The notes beneath the pieces are model-generated. The model was not told the origin of the DNA. It made no database searches and saw nothing but the letters and a program-made list of their open reading frames with translations. From positions 1 to 63,293 of the IMG/VR virus record IMGVR_UViG_3300032006_002122: a stretch of 63,293 bases of DNA; one strand, written 5' to 3'. This document shows positions 1 to 10,105 of the stretch, piece after piece (position 1 is the first letter of the stretch; each line of letters begins with the position of its first letter). The position numbers were made by a program, and so were the translations under genes. Origin of the DNA: a virus (taxonomy: Duplodnaviria; Caudoviricetes).

Positions 1-988
1 AGGGTTGATGTGACATATTTCCACGACGTTCTGAAACCCCGCCAAGCGGAAAATATTTATCAGTAATGTCGGTGGGGTTGTAATGAGATTTAGTAGGTTG
101 AAAAGCATCAACAACCCTGTTGTAATTCGTGCCAATAACACAGCTTTGCTCAGGAGAACAGAACTTTGTTCCCTTGATTATATTTATATTATTTGACAAA
201 GCGGTGTTTACAAAGGACTCTATCTTGTGAGCCAAGGACAGGGAGTGCGGAGAATTGAGAGGTTCTGATTTAGAAAAGTCTCTACGTAATTTTTTATGCT
301 TGGGTTTCTCAATCGTGTCAAAAATATTAAGAAGATCTCCTGCTCTATAAAAGGCACCGTCAACACTAAATAAAAATAAATAGTTGCTAGAACGAGGTGT
401 TTTAGAGTCTGTAGGCCACCTTATGTAGAAGTTGTCTTCGGGGGCATGAGTGTATCCTATTGAAATTCCAAAAATACTGGTTTTGATTGGGTCTTCCATT
501 GTGGTTGCATCCACCAGTTTAATAAACTGCTCTTCTCCCGTCTTGTAATTTTGTATAGTAGTATTTAATCCAAGCCTATAACTAACACACCAAGTATCTT
601 CTTTGAACAGGGAGTTAAGAATATTTTCATCTAGATTAGCTTTTCTAAACCACACGTTGTCATCGACAAAAAACCCAACCTTTTTATTTTCATTTTCCTC
701 AAGAAACTCAAACATAACTTGAGTAGCGTGGGATATTTCATTTACTGAAAAAATAGAAACAAACTTGTCTTTATCTTCTTTAACCCATTTTATCCCAGTT
801 AGTATTTCTTCTTCAATTAATTTTTCATATCCCTTTTCCCACATGTCCTCGTATGAAATATCGGAAGTAATTGCACAGTTATATAAAATTGTAACATCAA
901 ATATGTCTCCGCAATTTTTTTTCAGGCTTTCTAAGAGTAGTCTAAGTTGACAAGCCCTGTTTTTTGAGAAGATAAATATTGGAATCAT
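1..988 (-). CDS. Putative GT-A-like glycosyltransferase, SKxRACQL family (3'-truncated by window edge)
   Basis: Not in the ORF track. Manual translation from the ATG at 988 (ATGA overlap with the upstream gene) gives MIPIFIFSKNRACQLRLLLESL...VGFFVDDNVWF...SYRLGLNT...FSVDGAFYR, open to position 1. Paralog of 33683-34561 and 44082-44921. Confidence 0.7.
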   Translation of the reverse strand, partial: MIPIFIFSKNRACQLRLLLESLKKNCGDIFDVTILYNCAITSDISYEDMWEKGYEKLIEEEILTGIKWVKEDKDKFVSIFSVNEISHATQVMFEFLEENENKKVGFFVDDNVWFRKANLDENILNSLFKEDTWCVSYRLGLNTTIQNYKTGEEQFIKLVDATTMEDPIKTSIFGISIGYTHAPEDNFYIRWPTDSKTPRSSNYLFLFSVDGAFYRAGDLLNIFDTIEKPKHKKLRRDFSKSEPLNSPHSLSLAHKIESFVNTALSNNINIIKGTKFCSPEQSCVIGTNYNRVVDAFQPTKSHYNPTDITDKYFPLGGVSERRGNMSHQP

Positions 989-1680
989 AGTTTTAACCTT
1001 GGTGTTACAGATTGTTCGCAGTGGCTAAATATACCCTTGTCATGAATTATCTTTGGGAAAACATAGTATGAATTGACAAACGGGTGGAAGAATCTATTTA
1101 GCTGACTATCTATGGGTCCGATGGGGTGTAATTGTAATAGTGGATCAAACATTCTTTGGTTTATTACAACCCCGTGTAATCCACCGCATGTAAAATGAGC
1201 ATTTCTTACTCGCTCTATTCCAGTTCTCTTGTTGGAATTATATTCTTTTTCAACATTTTGATTGTAATCATCTGATTCATATCCTATCCACCATCCTAAA
1301 AATAAGAAATCAAAATCTAGAGAGTTTAACTCACTGGATAGGCTTTCTGCAACTTCATCGTACCTGTTTGTAAAATACGCATCGTCTTCAAGAAAAAGAA
1401 CATTATTGAGACCTTCGTCTTTTGATTTAAGTATCATCTTCTTGTGAGACAAAAAGGCATTAAAGTGGTGAATTCTACCAGTGGGATTTCCGTAACCCCA
1501 GTGCGGTGGAACATCTTTAATGTCCAAATGGTCATATTCTGATTCTGGAAAAATATTCCCTTCACCAACTAAGAATCTATCAAATTTTAAACCTTTAGAT
1601 TCACAATGATTTTGTAAATCTTCCCACTCTTCCTGTCTCTTATCGAGACAAAGGCAAATAGCCTTGTCTACGAATTGCAT
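985..1680 (-). CDS. Glycosyltransferase family 25-like
   Basis: N-terminal ICLCLDKRQE, FLSHKK and VLFLEDDA motifs typical of GT25. Confidence 0.75.
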   Translation of the reverse strand: MQFVDKAICLCLDKRQEEWEDLQNHCESKGLKFDRFLVGEGNIFPESEYDHLDIKDVPPHWGYGNPTGRIHHFNAFLSHKKMILKSKDEGLNNVLFLEDDAYFTNRYDEVAESLSSELNSLDFDFLFLGWWIGYESDDYNQNVEKEYNSNKRTGIERVRNAHFTCGGLHGVVINQRMFDPLLQLHPIGPIDSQLNRFFHPFVNSYYVFPKIIHDKGIFSHCEQSVTPRLKL

Positions 1681-2777
1681 TTTATAACCCTGTCAAGCAA
1701 ATGTTTTGCTTCTGATTCTGTAGAAAGGTTCTTTTTTGTGTATTCAAAAAGCTCGTATGAAACCCTGCTATATTCATCTTCATCAAATATATCATGGTCA
1801 ATGTGTCCTGCGGGAACAGATTTTTGCAAATCATTTGCTTCTGGTCTACAGCTTCCAAGATAGGTATCAACTTCTGGATTCCAGTCTCTTGAGGTGTGTG
1901 GAACAATCCCTTTAATTTTTTTTGCTTCTATCATTAGATCTTTAGGAAATCTAACCATGGTGTCTTTTGGACATATTTCAATATTAGTAAAGAAAGGTAC
2001 GCAGCCACATGCGAGTATTTCATAATGCCTCATGCAGTCCCAGCCCTCATCCATATGGTTCCATTGACCCTTTTTACAGGTGTATGCAAACCTACTTATT
2101 CTATAGTCTCTATAATATGGATCTTCATGATCATATACATAGGTATCATGGTTCCACCAAGGAACAAGTCTTGCAAAATCTTTTTCTTTTTCTTCTGGGC
2201 CAAGCATCTTCTCTTTTGGAATTGAAAATGATATTGGAAAGGCTGTATCCGAATGGGTTTCGTTAAGCTCTCTTTTGAAATAAAGTCCGTACTCAAAGAA
2301 GTCTGTGTTTATTTTTGGTCGGTCCCAACCTTCTATCAGTATTATTTCTTCTTTTTTATAGTATTGTCTTAGATTGTTTAAAATTTCATACAAGCCAACG
2401 AAGTCAAACCCTTCCCATCCAACAAACGATATAGTCCAGTGTATTGGTAGTATGATATAATCATAGTAATGATTTCTAATCTTGGATTCAATATCTTCTC
2501 TATCTATATTTAACTCTTTTAGCAGTCTCCATATTGTAAAACCTTTTCCGTGGAAATTTTTCACAACTTCCTCGTCGGCACTATCATACATGTGCCACAT
2601 TTCAATATGGTCAACAACATCTTCCCCAAGAATGGATCTCAAGCCGTGGAATAGGCTGTCGTGAAGATAGTCTGCAACATTTGCTGAGTTTTCATCAAAC
2701 GGGCGCACACCGTGCGTGCTTCCACTATACATATTCTGAAATGTTGTTCCCAGTAAATGAGAAAAAAGAACTTTCAT
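1668..2777 (-). CDS. Putative glycosyltransferase (GT-B C-terminal/CgeB-like)
   Basis: GWDCMRHYEILACGCVPFF motif; position in glycan cluster. Confidence 0.65.
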   Translation of the reverse strand: MKVLFSHLLGTTFQNMYSGSTHGVRPFDENSANVADYLHDSLFHGLRSILGEDVVDHIEMWHMYDSADEEVVKNFHGKGFTIWRLLKELNIDREDIESKIRNHYYDYIILPIHWTISFVGWEGFDFVGLYEILNNLRQYYKKEEIILIEGWDRPKINTDFFEYGLYFKRELNETHSDTAFPISFSIPKEKMLGPEEKEKDFARLVPWWNHDTYVYDHEDPYYRDYRISRFAYTCKKGQWNHMDEGWDCMRHYEILACGCVPFFTNIEICPKDTMVRFPKDLMIEAKKIKGIVPHTSRDWNPEVDTYLGSCRPEANDLQKSVPAGHIDHDIFDEDEYSRVSYELFEYTKKNLSTESEAKHLLDRVIKCNS

Positions 2778-3730
2778 GTAAGCATATCCAGTACTGCTTG
2801 AGCAACTGATCTGCTCGAATTTTTATACTTTGGCTCCCATCCAATACTTTTAAGTTTATCGTTAGAAGCTCTTATAATTCTATTGTCACCCTTCCAGTTG
2901 GAGCCTTCTCCGAGCCACTTTATATCTCTTTCAACGTCCATGGTATCTATAACGGTTTGAGCCACTTGTTCTATGCTGATAGAATTATCTGGTACAACAT
3001 TATATATTTGGTCTTCCCTTTTATCTAACGCAACTCTTATAAAAGCTTCCACAGCATCGCTTATATAACAATACGGTTTAGTAGATCCGGGGTGAGAACC
3101 CAGAACTTCTAAGGTGTCTGTATTGGAATTTATCTTTCTAATAAAATCTTTTATCACGCCATGGGTAACACCACTACCAATTGTTGCACAAAGTCTCAAA
3201 ATGCTTCCCCGACATTTTCCCATGCTTATATAAGATCGGAGAAGATTCTCTGACGCTAGTTTTGACACACCGTAGACGGAAACTGGGTGGGTGGCGTGAC
3301 TTTCTGTGTAAGACCCTTCTTCGTCTAGAGAAAAGAGCCAGTCTCCATAAACTATCACAGATGAGGCTAATATTACTTTGCAATTTTCAGGACAGAAATG
3401 AACCACTTTATGGGTTCCTATGACATTATCGTTTATGATCTTGTGCGGATCTTTTTCGTTAAGTTTTGGAACAGCATTTCCCGCCAGATGAAAAATTATA
3501 TCAGGATTATGCTGTCTGCAAATACCTCTAAACATGTTAAAAGTTGGAGATTCAGAATCAGAAAAAGACAAATCGCAGGTGTAGTGTCTGTGTGAGTAAG
3601 GAGAACATCCAGAAAATATAGGAGACTTGCTCATCGTGGTTATGTCTGTAAAGATATCTGGGTGTTCAGACAATCTCTTTACTAGATGTCTTCCAAGAAA
3701 TCCAGTTGCCCCAGTTACTATAACTCTCAT
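2774..3730 (-). CDS. NAD-dependent epimerase/dehydratase (UDP-glucose 4-epimerase-like SDR)
   Basis: GATGFLG Rossmann motif, IFHLAG, YGVSK catalytic YxxxK. Confidence 0.9.
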   Translation of the reverse strand: MRVIVTGATGFLGRHLVKRLSEHPDIFTDITTMSKSPIFSGCSPYSHRHYTCDLSFSDSESPTFNMFRGICRQHNPDIIFHLAGNAVPKLNEKDPHKIINDNVIGTHKVVHFCPENCKVILASSVIVYGDWLFSLDEEGSYTESHATHPVSVYGVSKLASENLLRSYISMGKCRGSILRLCATIGSGVTHGVIKDFIRKINSNTDTLEVLGSHPGSTKPYCYISDAVEAFIRVALDKREDQIYNVVPDNSISIEQVAQTVIDTMDVERDIKWLGEGSNWKGDNRIIRASNDKLKSIGWEPKYKNSSRSVAQAVLDMLT

Positions 3731-4779
3731 TTCAGATCTCCCAAAACGAATTCTGCAAGCCTATCGCATTTCATCTTTTCCTTTTCCAGATCAAGATTTT
3801 CAAAAATTGTCGAGACTCTGTGGAAATAGGTATGGTTATTCAAAACGCAATTGTAACCCTTTTCTATATGCTCTTCTCTTTCTTCTGGGTTTTTTATGTA
3901 ATGATCTATAAGATCTAGAAAGTCTTGTGGACTCTTGGCGTATAAAACTTCACCATCTTTAAAAACATCTTCTGCCATTGATTGGACATAATCTGATATA
4001 CAAAAACCCTTACTCATCAAAACCTTAAACGGTCTTTCTATTATATCATATCCAAATTCTTGAGAGTGTGGCTCACTAATATTTGGAGAAATTGTTGCAG
4101 ATCTAAATACATTTTTTACAGATTCGTTGGGAAGAAAACCAAGATACTGGACAACTGGCCACCCCTGATTTCCGAAAATTTTTACGTTGTACTTTCCAAC
4201 GGGGTGGCAAAGAGGTATTAGGTATTTATCTATAGACTTAGCCTTGTAATCCCAATAACCACCAATAAATGAAACATCACTTTTCAAAGAGTCTTCAAAT
4301 TCTGAATCAATATAGTCAAAAACATCCGCCCCGTGAAGCATCGACACAACATTTATTCCCTCGCTGGACCAATTGTTGTGAGTTTGGCTCATCCATTTAT
4401 CATGATAATGGTTATACACAAAGTCAGGTTTGCCTGTTTTTTCTTTTAGCTCTTTCACTAATGTTTTTTCATCTTCTCTAGCGACAAGAACAGGAAACCT
4501 TTTAAAATCAATTTCATTTTGCATATCACCCCAGTCTGAAGCCCTCATGACAACCTTCATGTCTGGTCTTTCGGAGATGCATTTTACAACAGATTTTGTG
4601 AGGTTGTAAGTTTGGCCAATAAAAATATCAGGATCGAATTCGTCAAACGCATCGAATGCTGGTTTTCTTTCTATATCCCAAAATACAACTTCATGGCCAA
4701 GCTCATTAAAAACTTTAGCCCAGCCCAGCCTTATGTAAAAATGGGCATGCGGCCCGTCGTTAGATATCATTATTTTCAT
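3727..4779 (-). CDS. CgeB-like glycosyltransferase
   Basis: DVSFIGG, ERPFKV...ISD and HTYFHRV C-terminal motifs. Confidence 0.75.
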   Translation of the reverse strand: MKIMISNDGPHAHFYIRLGWAKVFNELGHEVVFWDIERKPAFDAFDEFDPDIFIGQTYNLTKSVVKCISERPDMKVVMRASDWGDMQNEIDFKRFPVLVAREDEKTLVKELKEKTGKPDFVYNHYHDKWMSQTHNNWSSEGINVVSMLHGADVFDYIDSEFEDSLKSDVSFIGGYWDYKAKSIDKYLIPLCHPVGKYNVKIFGNQGWPVVQYLGFLPNESVKNVFRSATISPNISEPHSQEFGYDIIERPFKVLMSKGFCISDYVQSMAEDVFKDGEVLYAKSPQDFLDLIDHYIKNPEEREEHIEKGYNCVLNNHTYFHRVSTIFENLDLEKEKMKCDRLAEFVLGDLK

Positions 4780-5492
4780 TTTTGCAGATCTCTTATACAG
4801 TCTATTTCCATTATTGCGGATTTATCTGCCTCAACAGTGCGTAGCTTTCCACCGTTTTCCATCACGAGATTTAATATTTCAAACGTGTAAAGCTTTCCTC
4901 TTTTTCTATTTCTGCAAACACTCTTGCAGATATCAAGTTCTTGACCTGTGAGGTAGGCTATTTGTCCCCATTTTTTATCTAGACCATACGCAAAATGCGT
5001 GGCATAATCATTTACTACGGTGAGTCCTATTTTTTCAGTTTTTAAATGGTTGCTAATAACAACACTGGATTCACCAGTAACCACAGATTCAATAATATCT
5101 TGATTGAAAATTATGTCACCGTGAAGTATTAAAACGCTCTCTCCAACACAATTATTAAGACCAAGCCTTAAGCTCTCTGCCGTATTACTACTTTCGTAGT
5201 TCTGATTCTCAACTATTCTTATATTATTAGGAACTACATCTATTATTTTATCAGCTTCAAATCCAACGATTAGTATAATTTCATTATATTCAAATGAATC
5301 CTTTATTATATTGAGCGCTCTTCCCATTACGGTATTTTTCCCACCAACGGGAAGTAGGCACTTGGGTCCATACGATCTCATCCTGTGTCCCGCTCCGGCG
5401 GCAGGGATTATTATACTCAGGGTTCGATCTGGGGATTTTCCAGAAGGAGTCCTTTTTATGGGGACCGTAAATCTTGAGCTATTTTTAGGCAT
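4776..5492 (-). CDS. Sugar/choline-phosphate nucleotidyltransferase (LicC-like NTP transferase)
   Basis: IIPAAGAGHRM...PKCLL, NTAESL, LHGDIIF and EID motifs; start refined to MPKNSS. Confidence 0.8.
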   Translation of the reverse strand: MPKNSSRFTVPIKRTPSGKSPDRTLSIIIPAAGAGHRMRSYGPKCLLPVGGKNTVMGRALNIIKDSFEYNEIILIVGFEADKIIDVVPNNIRIVENQNYESSNTAESLRLGLNNCVGESVLILHGDIIFNQDIIESVVTGESSVVISNHLKTEKIGLTVVNDYATHFAYGLDKKWGQIAYLTGQELDICKSVCRNRKRGKLYTFEILNLVMENGGKLRTVEADKSAIMEIDCIRDLQK

Positions 5493-6276
5493 TATGCCTT
5501 TCCGAAGCTTTCTCCATAACTCTAGACCAATTTCTCTGCCAAACATCTTTGTTGATTATAAAACTAGAATTATCACCCGTCACCCTTACCTTGGTTAAAG
5601 ATTCCGGTATATGAACAATCATGTAGTTGTCACTGATTCTCATCCATAGATCATAATCTTCGCAGGTTCTCATTGTTTCATCGTAAAAACCCGTTTCTTC
5701 TATTGATGCTTCTAGAGCCATTCTGTTAACAACAGATCCGCTGTGAACAATACATTCCTGAAACAGCCTTTGTCTATTGAAAGGTTCTTTAAATTCTCTT
5801 ATGGTCTTGTTAGTTTCAACATTAATGGTATCGTAGTCGGCATAGACCGCGCCGATTCTTTCTGGGTCTTCCAGTATTTTTTCTACACACTTTGATACTT
5901 TTGATGGATACATTTCATCATCAGAATCTAACATTGCATAAATATCAGTTCTGTGCAAAGTGTATTTTATACCCGTATTTCTAGCACCGCTTGGCCCGCT
6001 AGCCTCTGGCTTTTTAATTACTACGTGCTTCCCGTCTGTTACCAGTATTATATCACCATCCTCTTTTGTCTCCACCTCTCTGTCTGAAAATATCTTGGTT
6101 ATTGCTATATCCCAAGATCTATCACTAGACCCATCGTCTATCACGCATAATCGAAAATACGCTTCGTAGTCTTGATTTAAAGCGCTGTCTATAGCAGATC
6201 CGATATATTTTTCATCGTTATGTACCGGTATTAAAACCGTTACTACGGGCATGTTGGGTCTTCCAGACATTTTCAT
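5485..6276 (-). CDS. Glycosyltransferase family 2
   Basis: VLIPVHN, IDDGSSD, GPSGARN, LDSDD and EDYDLW motifs. Confidence 0.92.
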   Translation of the reverse strand: MKMSGRPNMPVVTVLIPVHNDEKYIGSAIDSALNQDYEAYFRLCVIDDGSSDRSWDIAITKIFSDREVETKEDGDIILVTDGKHVVIKKPEASGPSGARNTGIKYTLHRTDIYAMLDSDDEMYPSKVSKCVEKILEDPERIGAVYADYDTINVETNKTIREFKEPFNRQRLFQECIVHSGSVVNRMALEASIEETGFYDETMRTCEDYDLWMRISDNYMIVHIPESLTKVRVTGDNSSFIINKDVWQRNWSRVMEKASERHNA

Positions 6277-7187
6277 TTTATAACATCGCTATATTTTACT
6301 AAAAATTCTTTAGATCCTGTGTTTTCAGCAAACTCTTTTATCTTGTCGCTTAGAAGAGCCTTGGCATTTCCTTGAAGGGCTTCGTGTAAATATCTCTGCA
6401 CTGTATAGCCATTTATATCTTTATCTTTATCGGGTTCTATAAACGGTAGGACTTCTAGATCTTCATATATCATTACATTTAATTGGTTAACAAAGTTTTT
6501 AGGAATTTTAAATCCAGCTTTAAACACTGAATAATATGAAGATTTGCAATTTCTAAAAACATAATCAACAGCAAAAAAATCATCAATAACCAGATCAGTC
6601 ATAGATATAAGCTGGAAGGTGGTATCCTCCCCAAGAATTTTCAGATGTCCTAAAATATCCAATTCTGAAATTCTATTATCAATATACTGAACAACTATAA
6701 GTTGTGATATTTTTTTATTTTCTTGGTTTTTGATTCTGTCAATACTGTCTTGGAAATCTTCAAACTTACACTCTTTATCCAATATAAGTATTATATCAAC
6801 ACTTATCTGAACCTCTTCTTTTGCTTGATTGACATGATCTGTTTTAAGATTGGACCACTCTTTAGTTCTGTAAAAATGGCATATCTTTTCAGAGGTATAA
6901 TATTTAATATCTGATTTATTTCCGTCTTCATCTAAAACTGTGTCAGACTCAATCTCCAATTTGTATCCTTTTTCTTTAAATTTATCAATCATACCCATTT
7001 TGCAATCTACTTGAGAATTTCCTATATATTCAGCAAAAAAACATTCCTTGCAAGATGTTGTAACTTTAAGAGCCTCTTGAATCTTCGAAGAACTTATTTC
7101 ATTTTCCGGTTTCAATTCATTGGGTATAATTATCGACGGTTTGCCTTCAGGGTCTGGCTGCTTATCCTTATTGAAAAAACCATTCAT
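6273..7187 (-). CDS. Hypothetical protein with N-terminal Cys cluster; C-terminal half possibly a degenerate GT-A fold
   Basis: Long ORF overlapping both neighbours; CKEC...C...C pattern. Confidence 0.5.
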   Translation of the reverse strand: MNGFFNKDKQPDPEGKPSIIIPNELKPENEISSSKIQEALKVTTSCKECFFAEYIGNSQVDCKMGMIDKFKEKGYKLEIESDTVLDEDGNKSDIKYYTSEKICHFYRTKEWSNLKTDHVNQAKEEVQISVDIILILDKECKFEDFQDSIDRIKNQENKKISQLIVVQYIDNRISELDILGHLKILGEDTTFQLISMTDLVIDDFFAVDYVFRNCKSSYYSVFKAGFKIPKNFVNQLNVMIYEDLEVLPFIEPDKDKDINGYTVQRYLHEALQGNAKALLSDKIKEFAENTGSKEFLVKYSDVIK

Positions 7188-7639
7188 GGTCTTTCTCCTT
7201 CTATAACCATCTTAAAATTAGACGATCTCTTTTTTAATATATCTATGCCTAAATTAGACAAAATAGATTCTAAATTTTCTATAGTTGTTTGATTTATTCT
7301 AAAATCCCAAGCTTCTTTTTGCTCACCGTGAATAAGAATATTTGCATCTTTCGTGGAAATCCCCTTTTGAAAAAAGTGCTTACACACTTCATACATATCT
7401 GTTCCACCAATGACAATTTTACCACTGTGTCTCAGTTTGCTGACCCAGTGTTGAATGGTTTTTTCAAGATCGTCCGACGACAGAAAATCTACCATATCCT
7501 CGGCAATAATCTCATTGCATTCCGAGTCATCCGCAACGTGGTCAAGATTTTTAATCTTATCCCATTGTTTATTAACAGATGGGTCTATATTAACGTATCC
7601 ATTTTTTGGTTTGCCCCCCACAGATATATTAATCTTCAT
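7184..7639 (-). CDS. SAM-dependent methyltransferase-like protein
   Basis: KINISVGG..GYVNID and EIIAEDMVDFL...KLRHSGKIVI resemble small glycan-cluster methyltransferases. Confidence 0.6.
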   Translation of the reverse strand: MKINISVGGKPKNGYVNIDPSVNKQWDKIKNLDHVADDSECNEIIAEDMVDFLSSDDLEKTIQHWVSKLRHSGKIVIGGTDMYEVCKHFFQKGISTKDANILIHGEQKEAWDFRINQTTIENLESILSNLGIDILKKRSSNFKMVIEGERP

Positions 7640-8646
7640 GCGAAAATCCTCGACGTTGCTAGAAAAATGTCATCCCATTTAGACAAAAATGACTCTTCAG
7701 AAAATCTTTCCACAATTGTTTTTCTTGCTTCTGATCCAATTTTCTCACAGAGGTTGGGATCGTTGAGGAGATCTACTAGGTATTGTTTAAGTTCATCCTC
7801 ATCGTTGCTTATAAAGCCATTAATTCCATTTTGTATAATTTCTGGAATCATGCAGGTTGCAGTTGACACAACTGCGCAGCCAGAAGACATCGCTTCTAAG
7901 AGGGCTGTTGGTACTGGTGAAATGGTCGAAGTATTGAGAAAAATTTTACTGGAGCGGTATATCTCAGATAGTTCATCCAGTCCCGCTGGTTCAGATAATC
8001 CGGGTGTGTCTCCAACAACTTTGACAGGTAATCCTTGGGAGACATTTCTCCATATACCAAAACCACAACACCAGTCTCTATTTATCCAGTCATTAACAAC
8101 AGAAAGAATCTCGTCGTTTCTTTCGACGTTGTCGTCCGGGGAAAATTTGGAAGAATCTACCCCGTGATGAACAACCATTGTGTTAGACAAGTCTCCCCAT
8201 TTCCAAGCATCTGTGCTATACTCAGAAATAAATACATTCACATCTCCACGCATACCCCTAAGATCCTCCATCATGTCGGGTGTCCACTCTGGCATTGGGA
8301 GAGTGTGTTCCAGACTTATCATGGGTATCTGCAAGGATCGTGCTATAGGGTAGGCAGTTTGAAACTGTCCAAACTTATTCTGAGAGAGTATAATATCAAA
8401 ATCTATATTTAGGGGTATCTGATTAAACCCAAGACTTCCATCTAGTAAGTGATAGTTATCTGGTACTGGTGAGTAAGTTTCATTCCAAGTTTTTATACCT
8501 TCTGCGTGATAAGCGTAGAAATTATGACCAGTTCTTGACAGAAGGGATTCATACCTCTCGTGTGTAGGCATACACAGTATGTTGAGAGGTTCGTCTAGCT
8601 TTCTGGTGGCCGCTCTGGTAAATGTTGATACGGGACTATTTGACAT
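7636..8646 (-). CDS. Glycosyltransferase family 4 (GT-B)
   Basis: HHGVD..F and PTALLEAMSSGCAVVST. Confidence 0.88.
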   Translation of the reverse strand: MSNSPVSTFTRAATRKLDEPLNILCMPTHERYESLLSRTGHNFYAYHAEGIKTWNETYSPVPDNYHLLDGSLGFNQIPLNIDFDIILSQNKFGQFQTAYPIARSLQIPMISLEHTLPMPEWTPDMMEDLRGMRGDVNVFISEYSTDAWKWGDLSNTMVVHHGVDSSKFSPDDNVERNDEILSVVNDWINRDWCCGFGIWRNVSQGLPVKVVGDTPGLSEPAGLDELSEIYRSSKIFLNTSTISPVPTALLEAMSSGCAVVSTATCMIPEIIQNGINGFISNDEDELKQYLVDLLNDPNLCEKIGSEARKTIVERFSEESFLSKWDDIFLATSRIFA

Positions 8647-9766
8647 CAGATATCTCTTTTTCCATCAGCTTTCCAATATTTTCATAAGAATATTTACAAG
8701 CCGACTTAAGACCTTGCTCTTTCATTTTTTTGTAATCTGGATCTTTATCTGTGTGCATTGTGTATATTTTTCTCATGGCTTTTTGCAAACCTCTTATATC
8801 AACATTTATCCAGTCTTCATGACCTGTATAAATATCGTGAAATGTTTCAGTCATTCCAAAAACAGGTTCTGGGTGACCTTCGACTAAAATTCCACCACCG
8901 TCAGAGAGAAAGTCAGCCATCCCCCCGGTATTTGTGCATATAGGAGTTTTTCCAAATCCCATTGCGTCGAAAGCAGGTATACACCAAGCCTCGCCAAAGC
9001 TTGGCATAACAAAGCAATCACAGGTGTTGTGAAGATTTATAATATCTTCATCTGAAAGCCTTTCTGTGACAATTATTTCTTGTTTATAGTCGTCTATAGA
9101 GGAATAAAGTTTAAGATTTTCTTTTACGGCATTGCACATACCAACAACATTTTCCGCACATTCGTCGTCAGAAAGTCCGTATTTGCTGGTTTTGATCAGA
9201 AGTGAAACAGGTTCATTTGTTGTAAACTCAAGGTGGAAAGCTTTCAGGAGAGATACTAAATTTTTTCTCCGTATAAGCTCTCCTATAAAATAGAAGATAA
9301 ACTCTCCTTTTGTGGGAAGATTTATCTTTTTGTGACTTCTCTTAAATTTCGAAGTATCCGAAGCGTGAGGGATAATCTTTACTGGTACGCTGACATCACT
9401 TTCGGTTGCGCAATCAGACATTTGGCTATTTATAACCCAAGCTTCGTCCATCCTGTTTATTTTTTGTGGCCAACTGGAATATTTCATAGTGCTTGTTTCG
9501 CTAGCATAAAGCCCTATATTCTTTTTAAACCTACCGTTATAATCCATCAGGTGTGGAAGAACATGCTGTATACAGACATCACACCCGGATAGAGGCTTTT
9601 TCTCTAGCTCAACAATTCTATCTGGGATTTCTACGGTTGAGTCATTCAGCTTGATAGGTCTGCAAACTATATCTACACCTGCTGAATCTGCGGCTAAAAT
9701 ATAATCAATAGCCGCCTGTGCCCAGCCGGTGCCATCTCTATAACAGCCTATAAATAATACTTTCAT
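8636..9766 (-). CDS. Glycosyltransferase family 4 (GT-B)
   Basis: RKNLVSLL and DCFVMPSFGEAWCIPAFDAMGFG. Confidence 0.88.
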   Translation of the reverse strand: MKVLFIGCYRDGTGWAQAAIDYILAADSAGVDIVCRPIKLNDSTVEIPDRIVELEKKPLSGCDVCIQHVLPHLMDYNGRFKKNIGLYASETSTMKYSSWPQKINRMDEAWVINSQMSDCATESDVSVPVKIIPHASDTSKFKRSHKKINLPTKGEFIFYFIGELIRRKNLVSLLKAFHLEFTTNEPVSLLIKTSKYGLSDDECAENVVGMCNAVKENLKLYSSIDDYKQEIIVTERLSDEDIINLHNTCDCFVMPSFGEAWCIPAFDAMGFGKTPICTNTGGMADFLSDGGGILVEGHPEPVFGMTETFHDIYTGHEDWINVDIRGLQKAMRKIYTMHTDKDPDYKKMKEQGLKSACKYSYENIGKLMEKEISDVK

Positions 9767-9775
9767 TTCTTCTAT

Positions 9776-10105
9776 CTATCTAAAGTCAAAAAAAGCTATG
9801 CACTGTTCGCCTTCTTCTGTAAACCTCATGCTGCAAGCTTTGTTAAAAAATCTAAGAAGTTGATCAGGGGATAAGCCTTTAATGATATGGCTATCTTCTT
9901 CATACTGTTTCTCAAAACCTGTGACATGTAAGTATCCAGCTTTGGAATGAGAAGCTCTTGCGGAAGCTGAGTTGCCACTAAAAGAGTCCCATTCCACAGA
10001 GACTGTGACCTCATTGCCAAAAGTTATTTCAAATCCTGTTTTATTTTTAAATACTGGGAACATTATTTGGAATCCATAGTGGTCTGAGAACTTAAGTTTG
10101 ATCAA
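9776..10105 (-). CDS. Hypothetical protein
   Basis: ORF fills the gap between two GT genes. Confidence 0.55.
   Translation of the reverse strand: MIKLKFSDHYGFQIMFPVFKNKTGFEITFGNEVTVSVEWDSFSGNSASARASHSKAGYLHVTGFEKQYEEDSHIIKGLSPDQLLRFFNKACSMRFTEEGEQCIAFFDFR

Noticed and set aside
7289-8167. 292-aa plus-strand ORF
   Set aside because: Antisense shadow of clear GT4 and methyltransferase genes; no recognisable motifs
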